Made by a program: the position numbers and the translations under genes
Assembly (NCBI GenBank): GCA_017456005.1
Contig: JAFTLJ010000028.1
Span: forward strand, 5,774 to 69,773
Source of the DNA: Clostridia bacterium
GTDB lineage: Bacteria > Bacillota > Clostridia > Oscillospirales > CAG-272
DNA length: 64,000 bases
Reading direction: 5' to 3'
In this document: piece by piece, positions 8,849-19,009 of the stretch
Position numbering within the stretch: the stretch's first letter is position 1
How the letters are laid out: every line of letters starts with the position of its first letter
The notes under the pieces: model-generated
Database searches by the model: none
What the model saw: only the letters and a program-made list of their open reading frames with translations
What the model was told of the DNA's origin: nothing

Positions 8849-10843
8849 TTATATATCCGCGTCTTTTAGGTAGAATTTGCCGTTTTTGCGTATAAAATCT
8901 TTTCTTTCCGCAAGGTCGTCGCCAAGCAAGGTTTCGAAAATGTACGCTGTCTGCTCTGCATCTGTGGGGCTTACCTGTATGAGCCTGCGCGTAGCGGGGT
9001 TCATCGTGGTCTGCCACATCATTTCCGGTTCGTTTTCGCCAAGACCTTTAGAGCGCTGAATAGTATATTTTTTGCCCGCCAAGCGGAAGAGTATGTCTGC
9101 TTTTTCCTGCTCGTTATAGGCAAAATACGTGTCTTTTCCGCAGGTGATTTCAAAAAGCGGCGATTCCGCTATGAAAACCTTGCCCTCTTTTATAAGCGTG
9201 GGCAAAAGGCGGTAGAAAAGAGTGAGCAGCAGAGTGCGTATCTGGAAGCCGTCCTCATCGGCATCGGTGCAGATGATTATCTTGCTCCAGCGAAGCAGGG
9301 AAAGGTCGAACGTGTTCTGCGCGGCTTTGGTTTTGCCCTGAATTTCCGCGCCGCAACCGATCACCTTGAGCAGGTCTACGATAATTTCGCTTTTGAAAAT
9401 TTTATCGTAGCCGCATTTAAGGCAGTTTAGCGTTTTGCCTCGCACGGGGATTATCGCCTGAAATTCCGCGTCGCGCCCCTGTATGCAGGAGCCCATCGCA
9501 GAGTCGCCCTCCACTATATAGACCTCGCGCTTTTCGGGATCTTTGGAACGGCAGGAAACGAATTTTTCCACGCGGTTTGCAAGGTCGTTATTGCCGGAAG
9601 CCAGCTTCTTTTTAACGTCCACACGCGTTTTTTCCGCGGTTTCGCGGCTTCGCTTGTTTATAAGCACTTGCGCGGCTATTTTATCTGCCTCGGCAGGTTT
9701 TTCCGCAAAGTAGACCTCCAGCGCGTGCTTCATATAGCTTGTGAGCGCTTCTTTGATAAATTCGTTGGTGATGGCTTTCTTTGTTTGGTTTGCGTAGGAG
9801 ACCATCGTGGAGAAGCTGTTTATAACTATAAGCAAGCTATCCTCTATATCGGAAAAGCTTATCTTGCTTTCGTTTTTATTATATTTTCCCGTGGCTTTTA
9901 TATACTTGTCTATAGCGTAGCTGAATGCTGTTTTCGTGGCGCTGTCGGGCGAGCCGCCGTGCTCCAGATAGCTTGCGTTGTGGTAATATTCGGTTTTGCT
10001 CACTTCGTTGGAAAAGCAGAAGGCTATTTCCGCCTTGAAATTGTATTCGGGCTTGTCTGCGCGGTCGCGCCCGCGAGCTTCGGTTTGCCAGAATACGGGC
10101 TTGGTTATGGAGCTTTCCCCCGCAAGCGACGTTACGTAATCGGCGATGCCGTTTTCGTAATAATACGTGCGCTCGTCATATTCGTCGTCGGCATTCTGCC
10201 AACGGAAGATAAAGGAAAGCCCTTTGTTGGAGATAGCCTGGCGCTCCAGCATGGTTTCGTAAAATTCGCGCGGAATTGCCGTGTCGGTGAACACCTCTAG
10301 GTCGGGGCGCCACGTTACAACCGTGCCGTGCTGCTTATCCTTGCGCGAAAGCTTTTCGCGCTTAAGCTCGCCCACGGGCTTACCCTTTTTAAAGTGCATT
10401 TCCAGCATTTCGCCGCCGCGGTAGGACTTTACCTGCATAAATTCGGAGCTGTACTGCGTGGAAGCCGCGCCGAGGCCGTTGAGGCCAAGGGAATATTTGT
10501 AGTTTGCGCCGCTGTCGTTATTGTTGTATTTGCCGCCGGCGTAAAGCTCGCAGTAGACGAGCTCCCAGTTATATTTTCCTTCTTTTTCGTTGTAGTCCAG
10601 CGGTACGCCGCGGCCTTCGTCCTCTATGGAAATTATGCCGTCTTTGGTGACGGTTATATATATTTTCGTGCCGTAACCCTCGCGCGCTTCATCTACGGAG
10701 TTTGAAAGGATTTCGAACACGGAATGCTCGCAGCCCTCTATACCGTCCGAGCCGAAAATAACTGCAGGGCGCTTGCGCACACGGTCTGCGCCCTTGAGGG
10801 AGGTGATACTTGCGTTATCGTAAACAGGTGTTTTTGCCGGCAT
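8849..10843 (-). CDS. parE: Type IIA DNA topoisomerase subunit B (ParE/GyrB family)
   Basis: 664 aa with a GHKL ATPase N-terminus (EILSNSVDEA) and the TOPRIM motif VEGDSAMGS. Confidence 0.85.
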   Translation of the reverse strand: MPAKTPVYDNASITSLKGADRVRKRPAVIFGSDGIEGCEHSVFEILSNSVDEAREGYGTKIYITVTKDGIISIEDEGRGVPLDYNEKEGKYNWELVYCELYAGGKYNNNDSGANYKYSLGLNGLGAASTQYSSEFMQVKSYRGGEMLEMHFKKGKPVGELKREKLSRKDKQHGTVVTWRPDLEVFTDTAIPREFYETMLERQAISNKGLSFIFRWQNADDEYDERTYYYENGIADYVTSLAGESSITKPVFWQTEARGRDRADKPEYNFKAEIAFCFSNEVSKTEYYHNASYLEHGGSPDSATKTAFSYAIDKYIKATGKYNKNESKISFSDIEDSLLIVINSFSTMVSYANQTKKAITNEFIKEALTSYMKHALEVYFAEKPAEADKIAAQVLINKRSRETAEKTRVDVKKKLASGNNDLANRVEKFVSCRSKDPEKREVYIVEGDSAMGSCIQGRDAEFQAIIPVRGKTLNCLKCGYDKIFKSEIIVDLLKVIGCGAEIQGKTKAAQNTFDLSLLRWSKIIICTDADEDGFQIRTLLLTLFYRLLPTLIKEGKVFIAESPLFEITCGKDTYFAYNEQEKADILFRLAGKKYTIQRSKGLGENEPEMMWQTTMNPATRRLIQVSPTDAEQTAYIFETLLGDDLAERKDFIRKNGKFYLKDADI

Positions 10844-11073
10844 ATTTTTCTCCTTGAGAATAAGATTGAGTTGTGCTTTGCGTTATTTCAACATTATTGT
10901 TAAAATCCGCTATTGCTTTATTTAAAAAAATTTGATAAAATATATATTAAAGTTTGAAAAATGCTTGTATAAATATATTTTTCTAATATCATTCTAATGA
11001 TTGGAATTTTATTATAGCATAAAAAATTTACAAAATCAACAGTAGAACTGACAGAAAAAGGGGTGAGTTTTGT

Positions 11074-11889
11074 ATGTTTCGTGCAATTTTTCGCGAATAC
11101 GGCGTGGAATATGCCGGTGCTGTGCCTTTTTCCGCGTGCCGCGTTTTTGCGGAGGATATAATTATTCGCAGGGGCATAGAGCCGCAGAAGCTAAAAACCG
11201 CCGTGCTTTTTCTCGTGCCGTACTATGTAGCAGATGCCGAGGCGGGCAATATTTCCGTATACGCCCGCGCACACGATTATCATCTCTTTTTTGAAAGGCT
11301 TTATGCAGATATTACTCCGAGGCTCGAAGCGGCATACGGCGCGAAGTTCTATGGCTTTGCCGATAAATCCGCTATTGCGGAGGTGTATGCCGCCTCGCTT
11401 GCGCGGCTCGGCAAAATAGGCGACAGTGGGCTTATCATAAACGAAAAATACGGTTCTTACGTTTTTATAGGCGAAATACTTACGGAAGCTCCGCCCGAAG
11501 CCTTCGGTATAGATGAAAGAGGGGATTTCGAACCCTCCTATTGCAACCATTGCGGCGCTTGCAAAAAGGCGTGCCCAATGAGCGAGGGGCTCGGCTGCCT
11601 TTCTATGGTAACGCAGAAAAAAGGCGAGCTTACGCCGGAGGAGCGCGATTTTATTTTGCGCCACGGCTCTGCCTGGGGCTGCGACATATGCGCCGCCGCC
11701 TGCCCTTACACAAAAAAAGCCGTTGCGGCAGGAAACGTAACACCAATAGAATTTTTTAAAACCGACAGGATAGCGCACCTTACCGCGGCGCAGGTGGAAG
11801 CGATGGACAAAGCCACGTTCCGCGAGCGCGCATTTGCCTGGCGCGGCAAAAAGACGATTTTGCGAAATCTTGAAATATTCGGGGAGTAA
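11074..11889 (+). CDS. QueG-like 4Fe-4S protein (short epoxyqueuosine-reductase-like)
   Basis: NISVYARAHDYH segment plus two ferredoxin-type Cys motifs (CNHCGACKKACP, CDICAAACP). It is shorter than canonical QueG. Confidence 0.55.
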   Translation: MFRAIFREYGVEYAGAVPFSACRVFAEDIIIRRGIEPQKLKTAVLFLVPYYVADAEAGNISVYARAHDYHLFFERLYADITPRLEAAYGAKFYGFADKSAIAEVYAASLARLGKIGDSGLIINEKYGSYVFIGEILTEAPPEAFGIDERGDFEPSYCNHCGACKKACPMSEGLGCLSMVTQKKGELTPEERDFILRHGSAWGCDICAAACPYTKKAVAAGNVTPIEFFKTDRIAHLTAAQVEAMDKATFRERAFAWRGKKTILRNLEIFGE

Positions 11890-11892
11890 ACT

Positions 11893-12606
11893 GTGAAAGA
11901 AAAAAATACCGAGCTCGAGCGCCTGAAGCGTGAAAACGCAAAATTGCGCGCGAAAAATAAAAAGCTTAAAAACGAAAATGAATATTTAAACCACCGCATA
12001 GAAAAGCTTTCCCCAAAAGAGGTGAAAAATATTCCGCACGAGCGCGAGCTTTTTCTTTCCTCTGCCGACGTGGATAAATACAAGGGATATTTCCGTTACC
12101 TTATAGGTCAGTTTAAATTTTCGCTTGTATATAAAATATACGATAGAATATTTTTCGCCCTGCGAAAAGTGATACTTGCTTCCAAAATATGGCGGTATTT
12201 GCCGATAGTGCTGGGTGTTCTGGGTGTGGTTTTGCAGGCACTTCTTGCATTTGGTTCTGTAGTGGTGCTGTTTCCCGTTTGTATTGTTGCCACGCTCTTG
12301 TTTTTGGCTGTTTCGATTTTTGAGTTTGCGCGCCACAGGCGAGCTTTGCTGCGCGAGGTGCTCGGCAGGAAGTTATATTTTCTTTACCCCGTGCAAAAAC
12401 CTAAAAAAGATTCGTTTTTTTATAATACTATGCAGGCTTTTGCGCGCGACGGCGTTGTTTTCGCCGTCACGTCCTCCTTCGCGCTCAGCGGCTTTGGCGC
12501 TGTGCGCAAGGTGAGCGAAAACGTGTACTTTATACACACGAGTTTTTATTACACCTTTGTGCGCGAAGCTATGGCGGCAAGCGCCGACGTAGTGAAGGTT
12601 TATTAA
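11893..12606 (+). CDS. Hypothetical membrane protein with an N-terminal coiled coil
   Basis: GTG start. The segment KEKNTELERLKRENAKLRAKNKKLKNENEYL is followed by hydrophobic helices. I recognise no family. Confidence 0.4.
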   Translation: MKEKNTELERLKRENAKLRAKNKKLKNENEYLNHRIEKLSPKEVKNIPHERELFLSSADVDKYKGYFRYLIGQFKFSLVYKIYDRIFFALRKVILASKIWRYLPIVLGVLGVVLQALLAFGSVVVLFPVCIVATLLFLAVSIFEFARHRRALLREVLGRKLYFLYPVQKPKKDSFFYNTMQAFARDGVVFAVTSSFALSGFGAVRKVSENVYFIHTSFYYTFVREAMAASADVVKVY

Positions 12607-12643
12607 AATGCAGAATTAAGAATGCAGAGCGCAGAATTATTAT
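12607..12643 (+). repeat. Heptad-periodic GCAGAAT-type repeat (copy 2)
   Basis: AATGCAGAATTAAGAATGCAGAGCGCAGAATTATTAT starts right after the stop at 12604-12606. CAG/AAG/CAG/CAG triplets fall at an exact 7-nt period. Confidence 0.7.
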
Positions 12644-12818
12644 TTGCAAATCTTAAATTTTATCATAAGTTTAAGATGGCGATAGCTTTGTTTGTACTGC
12701 CGAGCCGCAACGAGAATTTTGCTTTTTCCGCAAAAATACAGGCAAAAACAATATGGAAATCTATTTTGAGGAAAGTTCTTTGCCGAGCTTTCTTTCAAGA
12801 AAGCGAAGGAGAGGAAAT

Positions 12819-15800
12819 ATGGTTCATTTTATATACGGCAGAACGGGAAGCGGCAAAAGCGCCCATATGCTGGCGCACGCCGCAGAAACCGAAAATAAGC
12901 ATATTTTCGTGCTAGTTCCCGATCGCGGTGCCGTTATGGCAGAGCGCGCCTTCTCCTATGCGCCGAATGCGGGCGATATAGACGTTGTAACGTTCCGCAG
13001 GCTTGCGAACTTCGTTTTCCGCAAATATGGCGGTATATGCGAAAACTATATTTCGCGCGGCGCAAAAAAGGTAATGATGCACAATACACTCGCCGCGCTG
13101 TCGCCGCTTTTTGCCTCCAAGGGGGAGTTTTTCGAAAGCGATACCGCCGCGACGGAGAGGTTTATAAATATGCGCACAGAGCTTGCGCGCACCGCTGTAT
13201 CGCCCGAGGTTCTGGCGCGCGCCGCGGAGGCGTGCGAGGGCGAAACGGGCAAAAAATTTGCCGATATTTCCTTGCTTTTCACAGCGTTCGACGCCGAGGT
13301 GGGCGCACGCTTTGCAGACCCCGACGGAATTTTAGCCAAAATGAACGCACTTCTTGCCGAAAACAACTTTTTCGGCGGTTGCGATGTATATATAGATTCG
13401 TTTACATCATTTTCCAAGGAGCAGCTTAACACAGTGCGCGAAATTATGCGCACTGCGGAAAACGTGTATATTTCCGTGCCGTACGTGCCCGAGGAGGATA
13501 AGGAAACACCGTGCTTTTTCGGCATAGCCGACACGGCAAAGCGCCTTATTGATACGGCAGAGGCGGCACACGCCGAGGTTGGAGAAGCAGTACTGCTTTG
13601 CGAGCGCGGCAGGTTCCAAAACGAGGAGCTGGCTTTCCTTGCGCAAAATCTTTTTCCGGGCGGCGGCTACGCCAAGCGCACATATGAGAAAAAGCCGGAA
13701 AACGTGCGCGTTATGAGCGCCGCAAACACCTTTGCGGAGGCAGAGGCGGTGTGCCTCGATATAGCGAAAAAGGTGCGCGAGGGCGCCAGATACCGCGATT
13801 TTGCCGTTATCATACGCAACGGCGAAGCATACGCAGGCGTTATAGACGCGATGATGCGAAAATACGGCTTGCCGTGCTTTGTTTCGGGCAGAAAAGATAT
13901 AACAGAGCTTGCTTTTGTAAAATTCCTGCTTTCTGCGCTTGCCGTGTGCGAACGCGGTTTTGCACGTGAGCTGGTAATATCATATATAAAAACGGATTTT
14001 GCGGGTATTACGCCCGACGAAATCAACCTTTTTGAAAATTACGTGAGGAAGTGGAGCATAAACGGCGCACGCTTCTACGACGATTACGAATGGAATATGA
14101 ACCCCGACGGCTTCCGAGGGGAAATGACGGAAGAAAACGCAGAAAAGCTTGCCTGTCTTGCGGAAATACGCAGGCGTGCCGTTTTGCCCCTGCGCGCCTT
14201 CTGCGAGGATACGGCAGGCAGGCATACCGTGGTCTATTTTTGCGAAAGACTTTATAGCTTTGCCGTAGGACTCGGTGCGCCCGAAAAAATACTTGCCGAT
14301 GCCGAGCGCGCCGCGGCAGACGGCGACAAGGCGCTGGCCTCCGAGCTTTCCCAGCTTTTCGCTGTGTTCTGCGAGGTGCTGGATGCACTCGTTTCCGCCT
14401 GCGGAGAGGAGGAGGCCTCCCCTGCGGAGTTCACAGCGCTTTTGCGCCTGGTGCTTTCCGAAACGGATATAGGAAAAATACCCACCTCGCTAGATGAAAT
14501 AACCGTGTACGATGCGCAAGCAGGCGGTTATACAGAGGTAAAATACGCCTACGTTATGGGTGCTTGCGAGGGCACGTTCCCTGCAAGCGTAGAGGACGAC
14601 GGTGTATTTTCCGACAAAGAGAAAGAATTGCTTTTCCGCCACGGTATAGAGATAACCTCTACCGTGGAGCGCAGGCTGTGCGACGAGCTTTACTATTTCT
14701 ATGCCGCCGTGTGTGCGCCGAGCCGCGAGCTTTGCTTTACCTACCCCGTGTACGAGGGCGGCAAAAAAACGCGCCGCAGCCCCGCGCTCGTTAGCGTAGA
14801 GGAGCTTTTCCCCTTACTTTCGGAGGAACGGTTTGAGGACCTGCCGAAAGAAGCGCTTTTCGAGCGTGCCTCGGCAGCCTTCGAGCACGTTATGCAGGGC
14901 GGCGGCGAATATACACGCGCCCTGCGTGAATATTACGAGGGCATGCCAGAATACGCGGAAAAATTACGTTATATGGGCACGCCGCTTTCCTCCTTTCGTT
15001 TGCGCATACCCGAGGAGGAGGCGAAAAAGCTCTTTACAAAGGATATGCACACGAGCTATTCGCGGCTGGAAAAATACATTACCTGCAATTTTTCGTATTT
15101 CTGCGAATACGAGCTTAAATTAAAGGATAACTCCCCCGTGAAGTTTTCCGCCGTGGACGTGGGTAATTTCATGCACAAGATGCTGGAGCTTACCGTGCGC
15201 TATGCGCTCGCCAACCCCGACGCCACGGAGGAGGAGCTGCGCGAGAAGATACAAAAGGAATGCAGGCTGTACCTGGAGGCTGTGTGCCGCGGAAGCTACG
15301 CGGAAATATCGCCGAGGATAACACACCTTGCAAGCTACCTTTCATTTGCCTGCGAAAAATTTGTGGCGAAATTCCGCGAGGAATTCCGCGAAAGCCGCTT
15401 TACGCCGAAGGATTTTGAAATAACCATAGGCAAGGGGGCGGATATAGAGCCTATACGCCTACGCGACGAAAACGGCAGTGTGGAGCTGCGCGGTAAAATA
15501 GACCGTGTGGATACGTACGAGGACGGCACGGGAAAAATATACGTTCGCGTGGCAGACTACAAAACGGGCAGCAAAAAATTCGAGCTTAAAAATATAGAAG
15601 CAGGGCGCGACCTGCAGATGCTCCTTTACCTGTATTCCGTTTGTGAAAACGGGCAGAGAAGATACGGCAAGGATATAGCCCCTGCGGGCGTGCTTTACGT
15701 TTCCGTAAAGCCTGCGAGCGAAAACGTGGACCTCGGCGTGGAAACGCCCGAGGTGGCGAAAAACGGCAACAGCGGCCTGTTTCTGGATAATGACGAAGTT

Positions 15801-16040
15801 CTTGCGGCTATGGAGCCGAAGCTCGAGGGCAGGTTTATACCCGTGAAAGCGGGCAAGGGCGGCAAAAAACGCGGAAACCTTATGGCGGCGGAGGCTTTCG
15901 ACGAGCTTAAAAGCGCCGTTGTGGAAACCGTACTGTGTGCGGCAGGCGAGCTGCGCGCAGGCAAGGCAGATGCCGACCCGTGCGAGGCAAAGGCTTGCGA
16001 ATACTGCAAAATGAAAGCCGTTTGCCGAGCGAAGAAATGA
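12819..16040 (+). CDS. addB: Helicase-nuclease AddAB, subunit AddB
   Basis: N-terminal GRTGSGKS Walker A, and a C-terminal PD-(D/E)XK nuclease region with the Cys cluster CEAKACEYCKMKAVC. Start set to ATG 12819 behind a GGAGAGG Shine-Dalgarno. Confidence 0.85.
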   Translation: MVHFIYGRTGSGKSAHMLAHAAETENKHIFVLVPDRGAVMAERAFSYAPNAGDIDVVTFRRLANFVFRKYGGICENYISRGAKKVMMHNTLAALSPLFASKGEFFESDTAATERFINMRTELARTAVSPEVLARAAEACEGETGKKFADISLLFTAFDAEVGARFADPDGILAKMNALLAENNFFGGCDVYIDSFTSFSKEQLNTVREIMRTAENVYISVPYVPEEDKETPCFFGIADTAKRLIDTAEAAHAEVGEAVLLCERGRFQNEELAFLAQNLFPGGGYAKRTYEKKPENVRVMSAANTFAEAEAVCLDIAKKVREGARYRDFAVIIRNGEAYAGVIDAMMRKYGLPCFVSGRKDITELAFVKFLLSALAVCERGFARELVISYIKTDFAGITPDEINLFENYVRKWSINGARFYDDYEWNMNPDGFRGEMTEENAEKLACLAEIRRRAVLPLRAFCEDTAGRHTVVYFCERLYSFAVGLGAPEKILADAERAAADGDKALASELSQLFAVFCEVLDALVSACGEEEASPAEFTALLRLVLSETDIGKIPTSLDEITVYDAQAGGYTEVKYAYVMGACEGTFPASVEDDGVFSDKEKELLFRHGIEITSTVERRLCDELYYFYAAVCAPSRELCFTYPVYEGGKKTRRSPALVSVEELFPLLSEERFEDLPKEALFERASAAFEHVMQGGGEYTRALREYYEGMPEYAEKLRYMGTPLSSFRLRIPEEEAKKLFTKDMHTSYSRLEKYITCNFSYFCEYELKLKDNSPVKFSAVDVGNFMHKMLELTVRYALANPDATEEELREKIQKECRLYLEAVCRGSYAEISPRITHLASYLSFACEKFVAKFREEFRESRFTPKDFEITIGKGADIEPIRLRDENGSVELRGKIDRVDTYEDGTGKIYVRVADYKTGSKKFELKNIEAGRDLQMLLYLYSVCENGQRRYGKDIAPAGVLYVSVKPASENVDLGVETPEVAKNGNSGLFLDNDEVLAAMEPKLEGRFIPVKAGKGGKKRGNLMAAEAFDELKSAVVETVLCAAGELRAGKADADPCEAKACEYCKMKAVCRAKK

Positions 16041-16068
16041 TTAAGAATGCAGAATGAAGAATTAAGGG
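16041..16068 (+). repeat. Heptad-periodic GCAGAAT-type repeat (copy 3)
   Basis: TTAAGAATGCAGAATGAAGAATTAAGGG lies directly after the addB stop. AAG/CAG/AAG/AAG triplets fall at a 7-nt period. Confidence 0.65.
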
Positions 16069-16146
16069 ATTCGCCCAAAAGCGAACGGAATTATTATAAA
16101 AACACATTTTGCCCCGCCGAAAAGAGGGGAGAAAGGATAAAATAAA

Positions 16147-17991
16147 TTGAAAATACCGGAAAGTATACTTAAAAAAGTGGAAAAACCCGGCCGTTATACG
16201 GGCGGTGAATGGGGCGAGGTCATAAAAGACCCCAAGGACGTGGATATTCGTTTTGCGTTTTGCTTCCCCGATACATACGAAATAGGTATGTCGAACCTCG
16301 GCATACGCATACTTTACAGCATACTCAACGAGCGCGCAGACACGTGGTGCGAGCGTGCATATGCTCCGTGGGCGGATATGGAGGAGCAGATGCGCCTCCA
16401 CAACCTGCCGCTTTGCACGGTAGAAAGCGGCACACCGCTTGCAGAATGCGATTTCGTGGGCTTTTCGCTTCAGTATGAGCTTTGCTACACGAATATGCTC
16501 AATATGCTGAACCTTGCGGGCATAGAGCTTGAAAGCGCGAAAAGGGCAAACGATGCGCCCATTATTGTCTGCGGCGGCCCCTGCACGTATAACAGCGAAC
16601 CTGTGGCAGATTTTGTGGATATCTGCCTTATAGGCGAGGGCGAAGACGAGCTTCCCGAGCTTATGGAGATATACAAAAAGCACAAGGCGGCAGGCTTTGA
16701 CCGTGCGGCATTCCTTCGCGAGGTATCGAGGCAGGAAAGCATGTATGTTCCCTCGCTCTACGACGTGGAATATAACGAAGACGGCACGATAAAGAGCTTT
16801 ACGCCCAAATATGAAGACGTACCTGCAAAGGTGCGTAAGCGTATAGTTAAGGATATGGACAAGGCTCCTTTCCCCAAAAACCTTGTTATGCCATTCATAC
16901 AGACGGTGCAGGACAGAATAGTGCTGGAGGTTTACCGCGGCTGTATACGCGGCTGCCGCTTCTGTCAGGCGGGTATGGTATACCGCCCCGTGCGCGAAAA
17001 GAGCCCCGAGGTGCTAGACGAGCAGGCTAGAATACTCGCCGATGCCACGGGCTATTCCGAGCTTTCACTTTCTTCGCTTTCCATAAGCGACTATTCCTGC
17101 ATAGAAAGGCTGACGGATATGCTCCTTTCCTGGACAGACGACCGCAAAATTTCGCTCAATCTCCCCTCTCTGCGCGTAGACAGCTTTACAAAAGAGCTTA
17201 TGGATAAAATTTCTACCATTCGCACGGGCGGCATCACCTTTGCGCCGGAAGCGGGCACACAGAGACTTCGCGACGTTATAAACAAAAACGTGGAAAAGGC
17301 GGACCTTTTGCGCGCCTGCCGCGTGGCTTTCGAGGGCGGAAAATCTCAGGTCAAGCTCTACTTCATGCAGGGCTTGCCAACGGAAACGGACGAGGACCTC
17401 GACGGTATAAACGACCTTGCACAGAGCGTTATAGACGAATTTTACGCCACACCCGGCAGGCCGAAAAAGGCGCCGCAGGTAACGCTTTCTGCCGCTTGCT
17501 TTATTCCGAAGCCTTTTACGCCTTTCCAGTGGGAAAAGCAGTGCGATATGGAAGAGCTTCTGCGCAAACAGAAATACCTTACCGGCAAGATAACCAACAG
17601 AAAGATACGCTACAACTACCACGATGCCAAGGTAAGCCGTATAGAGGCGATTTTCGCGCGCGGCGACAGAAAGCTTTGCCGCGTTCTTTTGGAAGCGGCT
17701 AAGCGCGGTGTGCGCCTGGACGGCTGGGAAGAATTTTTCGACTACGACAAGTGGATGGAAATTTTCGAATATTGCGGTATAGACCCTGCGTTCTACGCCA
17801 ACCGCGAATTTGGCGAGGACGAAATTTTGCCGTGGGACAATATCGACATCGGCGTTACGAAAGAATTTCTCTTGCGCGAACGCCACAAGGCTTACAGCGA
17901 AAAAACAACGCCCAACTGCCGCTTGCAGTGCAGCGGCTGCGGCGCAAACAAACTCGGAGGTGAAAGAACGTGTTGCCCGAAAATGCAGTAA
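16147..17991 (+). CDS. TIGR03960-family B12-binding-domain radical SAM protein
   Basis: CIRGCRFCQAG (CxxxCxxC) motif, and an N-terminus KPGRYTGGEWG...FCFPDTYEIGMSNLG typical of this family. Confidence 0.8.
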   Translation: MKIPESILKKVEKPGRYTGGEWGEVIKDPKDVDIRFAFCFPDTYEIGMSNLGIRILYSILNERADTWCERAYAPWADMEEQMRLHNLPLCTVESGTPLAECDFVGFSLQYELCYTNMLNMLNLAGIELESAKRANDAPIIVCGGPCTYNSEPVADFVDICLIGEGEDELPELMEIYKKHKAAGFDRAAFLREVSRQESMYVPSLYDVEYNEDGTIKSFTPKYEDVPAKVRKRIVKDMDKAPFPKNLVMPFIQTVQDRIVLEVYRGCIRGCRFCQAGMVYRPVREKSPEVLDEQARILADATGYSELSLSSLSISDYSCIERLTDMLLSWTDDRKISLNLPSLRVDSFTKELMDKISTIRTGGITFAPEAGTQRLRDVINKNVEKADLLRACRVAFEGGKSQVKLYFMQGLPTETDEDLDGINDLAQSVIDEFYATPGRPKKAPQVTLSAACFIPKPFTPFQWEKQCDMEELLRKQKYLTGKITNRKIRYNYHDAKVSRIEAIFARGDRKLCRVLLEAAKRGVRLDGWEEFFDYDKWMEIFEYCGIDPAFYANREFGEDEILPWDNIDIGVTKEFLLRERHKAYSEKTTPNCRLQCSGCGANKLGGERTCCPKMQ

Positions 17992-18662
17992 ATATAAAAG
18001 TAAGAATAAAATTTTCCAAAACGGGAAGCCTTAAGTTTATTTCCCATCTTGATCTACAGCGCACGATGCAGTCTTCTTTTCTCAGAAGCAAGCTTCCCAT
18101 ATACTATTCCGAGGGCTTTAACCCCCACCCGAAGGTTGTTTTTTCGCCCCCGCTTTCCGTGGGTGTTTCCAGCCTTACGGAGTTTGTGGACGTAAAAATG
18201 CTCGCGGAAGTAAGCCACGAAGAAATAGCGGAAAAACTCAATGCCTCTTTCCCGAAGGGATTGCACGCGCACGCTTGCTACACGCCCACCGCGAAGTTTA
18301 GCGACATAAAATGGGGGCTTTACGAAATAAAATACGAGCTTACGGGCGATATCCCAACCGACATATGCGAAAAAGCGAAGGCGGCGCTCACGGCAGAAGA
18401 GATAATTGTGGAAAAATTCAGCAAAAAGACGGGCGCAAAAACGGTTAATATCGCGGGCGGCATACGCTTCTGCTCGGCAGAGCTGGAGGGCAGTGTGCTC
18501 ACTGTTTGCGCAAAGCTTTCCTGCGATGAAGCCGCGTTTGTAAACCCGAAGTACGTAAGCGAAACGCTCGCTGCCGCCATGCCCACCGTATTCGAGGGGG
18601 CAGAGGAGGAGGTCTGCCGTATGGAGGTCTACCTTGCCGACGGCGAAACGTTGTTTGAATAA
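17970..18662 (+). CDS. TIGR03936-family radical-SAM-associated protein (DUF2344)
   Basis: KFSKTGSLKFISHLDLQRTMQ...GFNPHPK signature. The GTG start overlaps the 3' end of the radical SAM gene. Confidence 0.75.
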   Translation: MLPENAVNIKVRIKFSKTGSLKFISHLDLQRTMQSSFLRSKLPIYYSEGFNPHPKVVFSPPLSVGVSSLTEFVDVKMLAEVSHEEIAEKLNASFPKGLHAHACYTPTAKFSDIKWGLYEIKYELTGDIPTDICEKAKAALTAEEIIVEKFSKKTGAKTVNIAGGIRFCSAELEGSVLTVCAKLSCDEAAFVNPKYVSETLAAAMPTVFEGAEEEVCRMEVYLADGETLFE

Positions 18663-18712
18663 TAAAGGCTTCCCGTTTTTGGGGAGGCTAAAAAATAACA
18701 GGCGGAATTATT

Positions 18713-19009
18713 ATGGCAAGATATATTAAAGATGAAAATGCGGACATGCTGTTTCAGGCGATACTTTCGCTTGAAACGATAGATGAATGCTACGATTTTT
18801 TTGAGGACCTGTGCACGAAAGTGGAGCTGCGCGAAATGTCGCGCCGCTTCGAGGCGGCAAAGCTTATACGCGAGGGCGAAAAATATACGACTATAGTGGA
18901 AAAAACGGGGCTTAGCACCGCTACTATAAGCCGCGTGAACGGTGCCCTGCGCGATGGCAACGGCGGCTATTCACGCGCGCTGGATGAACTTGGGGTGGAA
19001 AGAAAATGA
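18713..19009 (+). CDS. YerC/YecD-family TrpR-like protein
   Basis: 98 aa with LFQAILSL.T.DE.Y.FFEDLCT..EL.EM..R...A......G..Y..I...TG.STATISRV. Confidence 0.75.
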   Translation: MARYIKDENADMLFQAILSLETIDECYDFFEDLCTKVELREMSRRFEAAKLIREGEKYTTIVEKTGLSTATISRVNGALRDGNGGYSRALDELGVERK

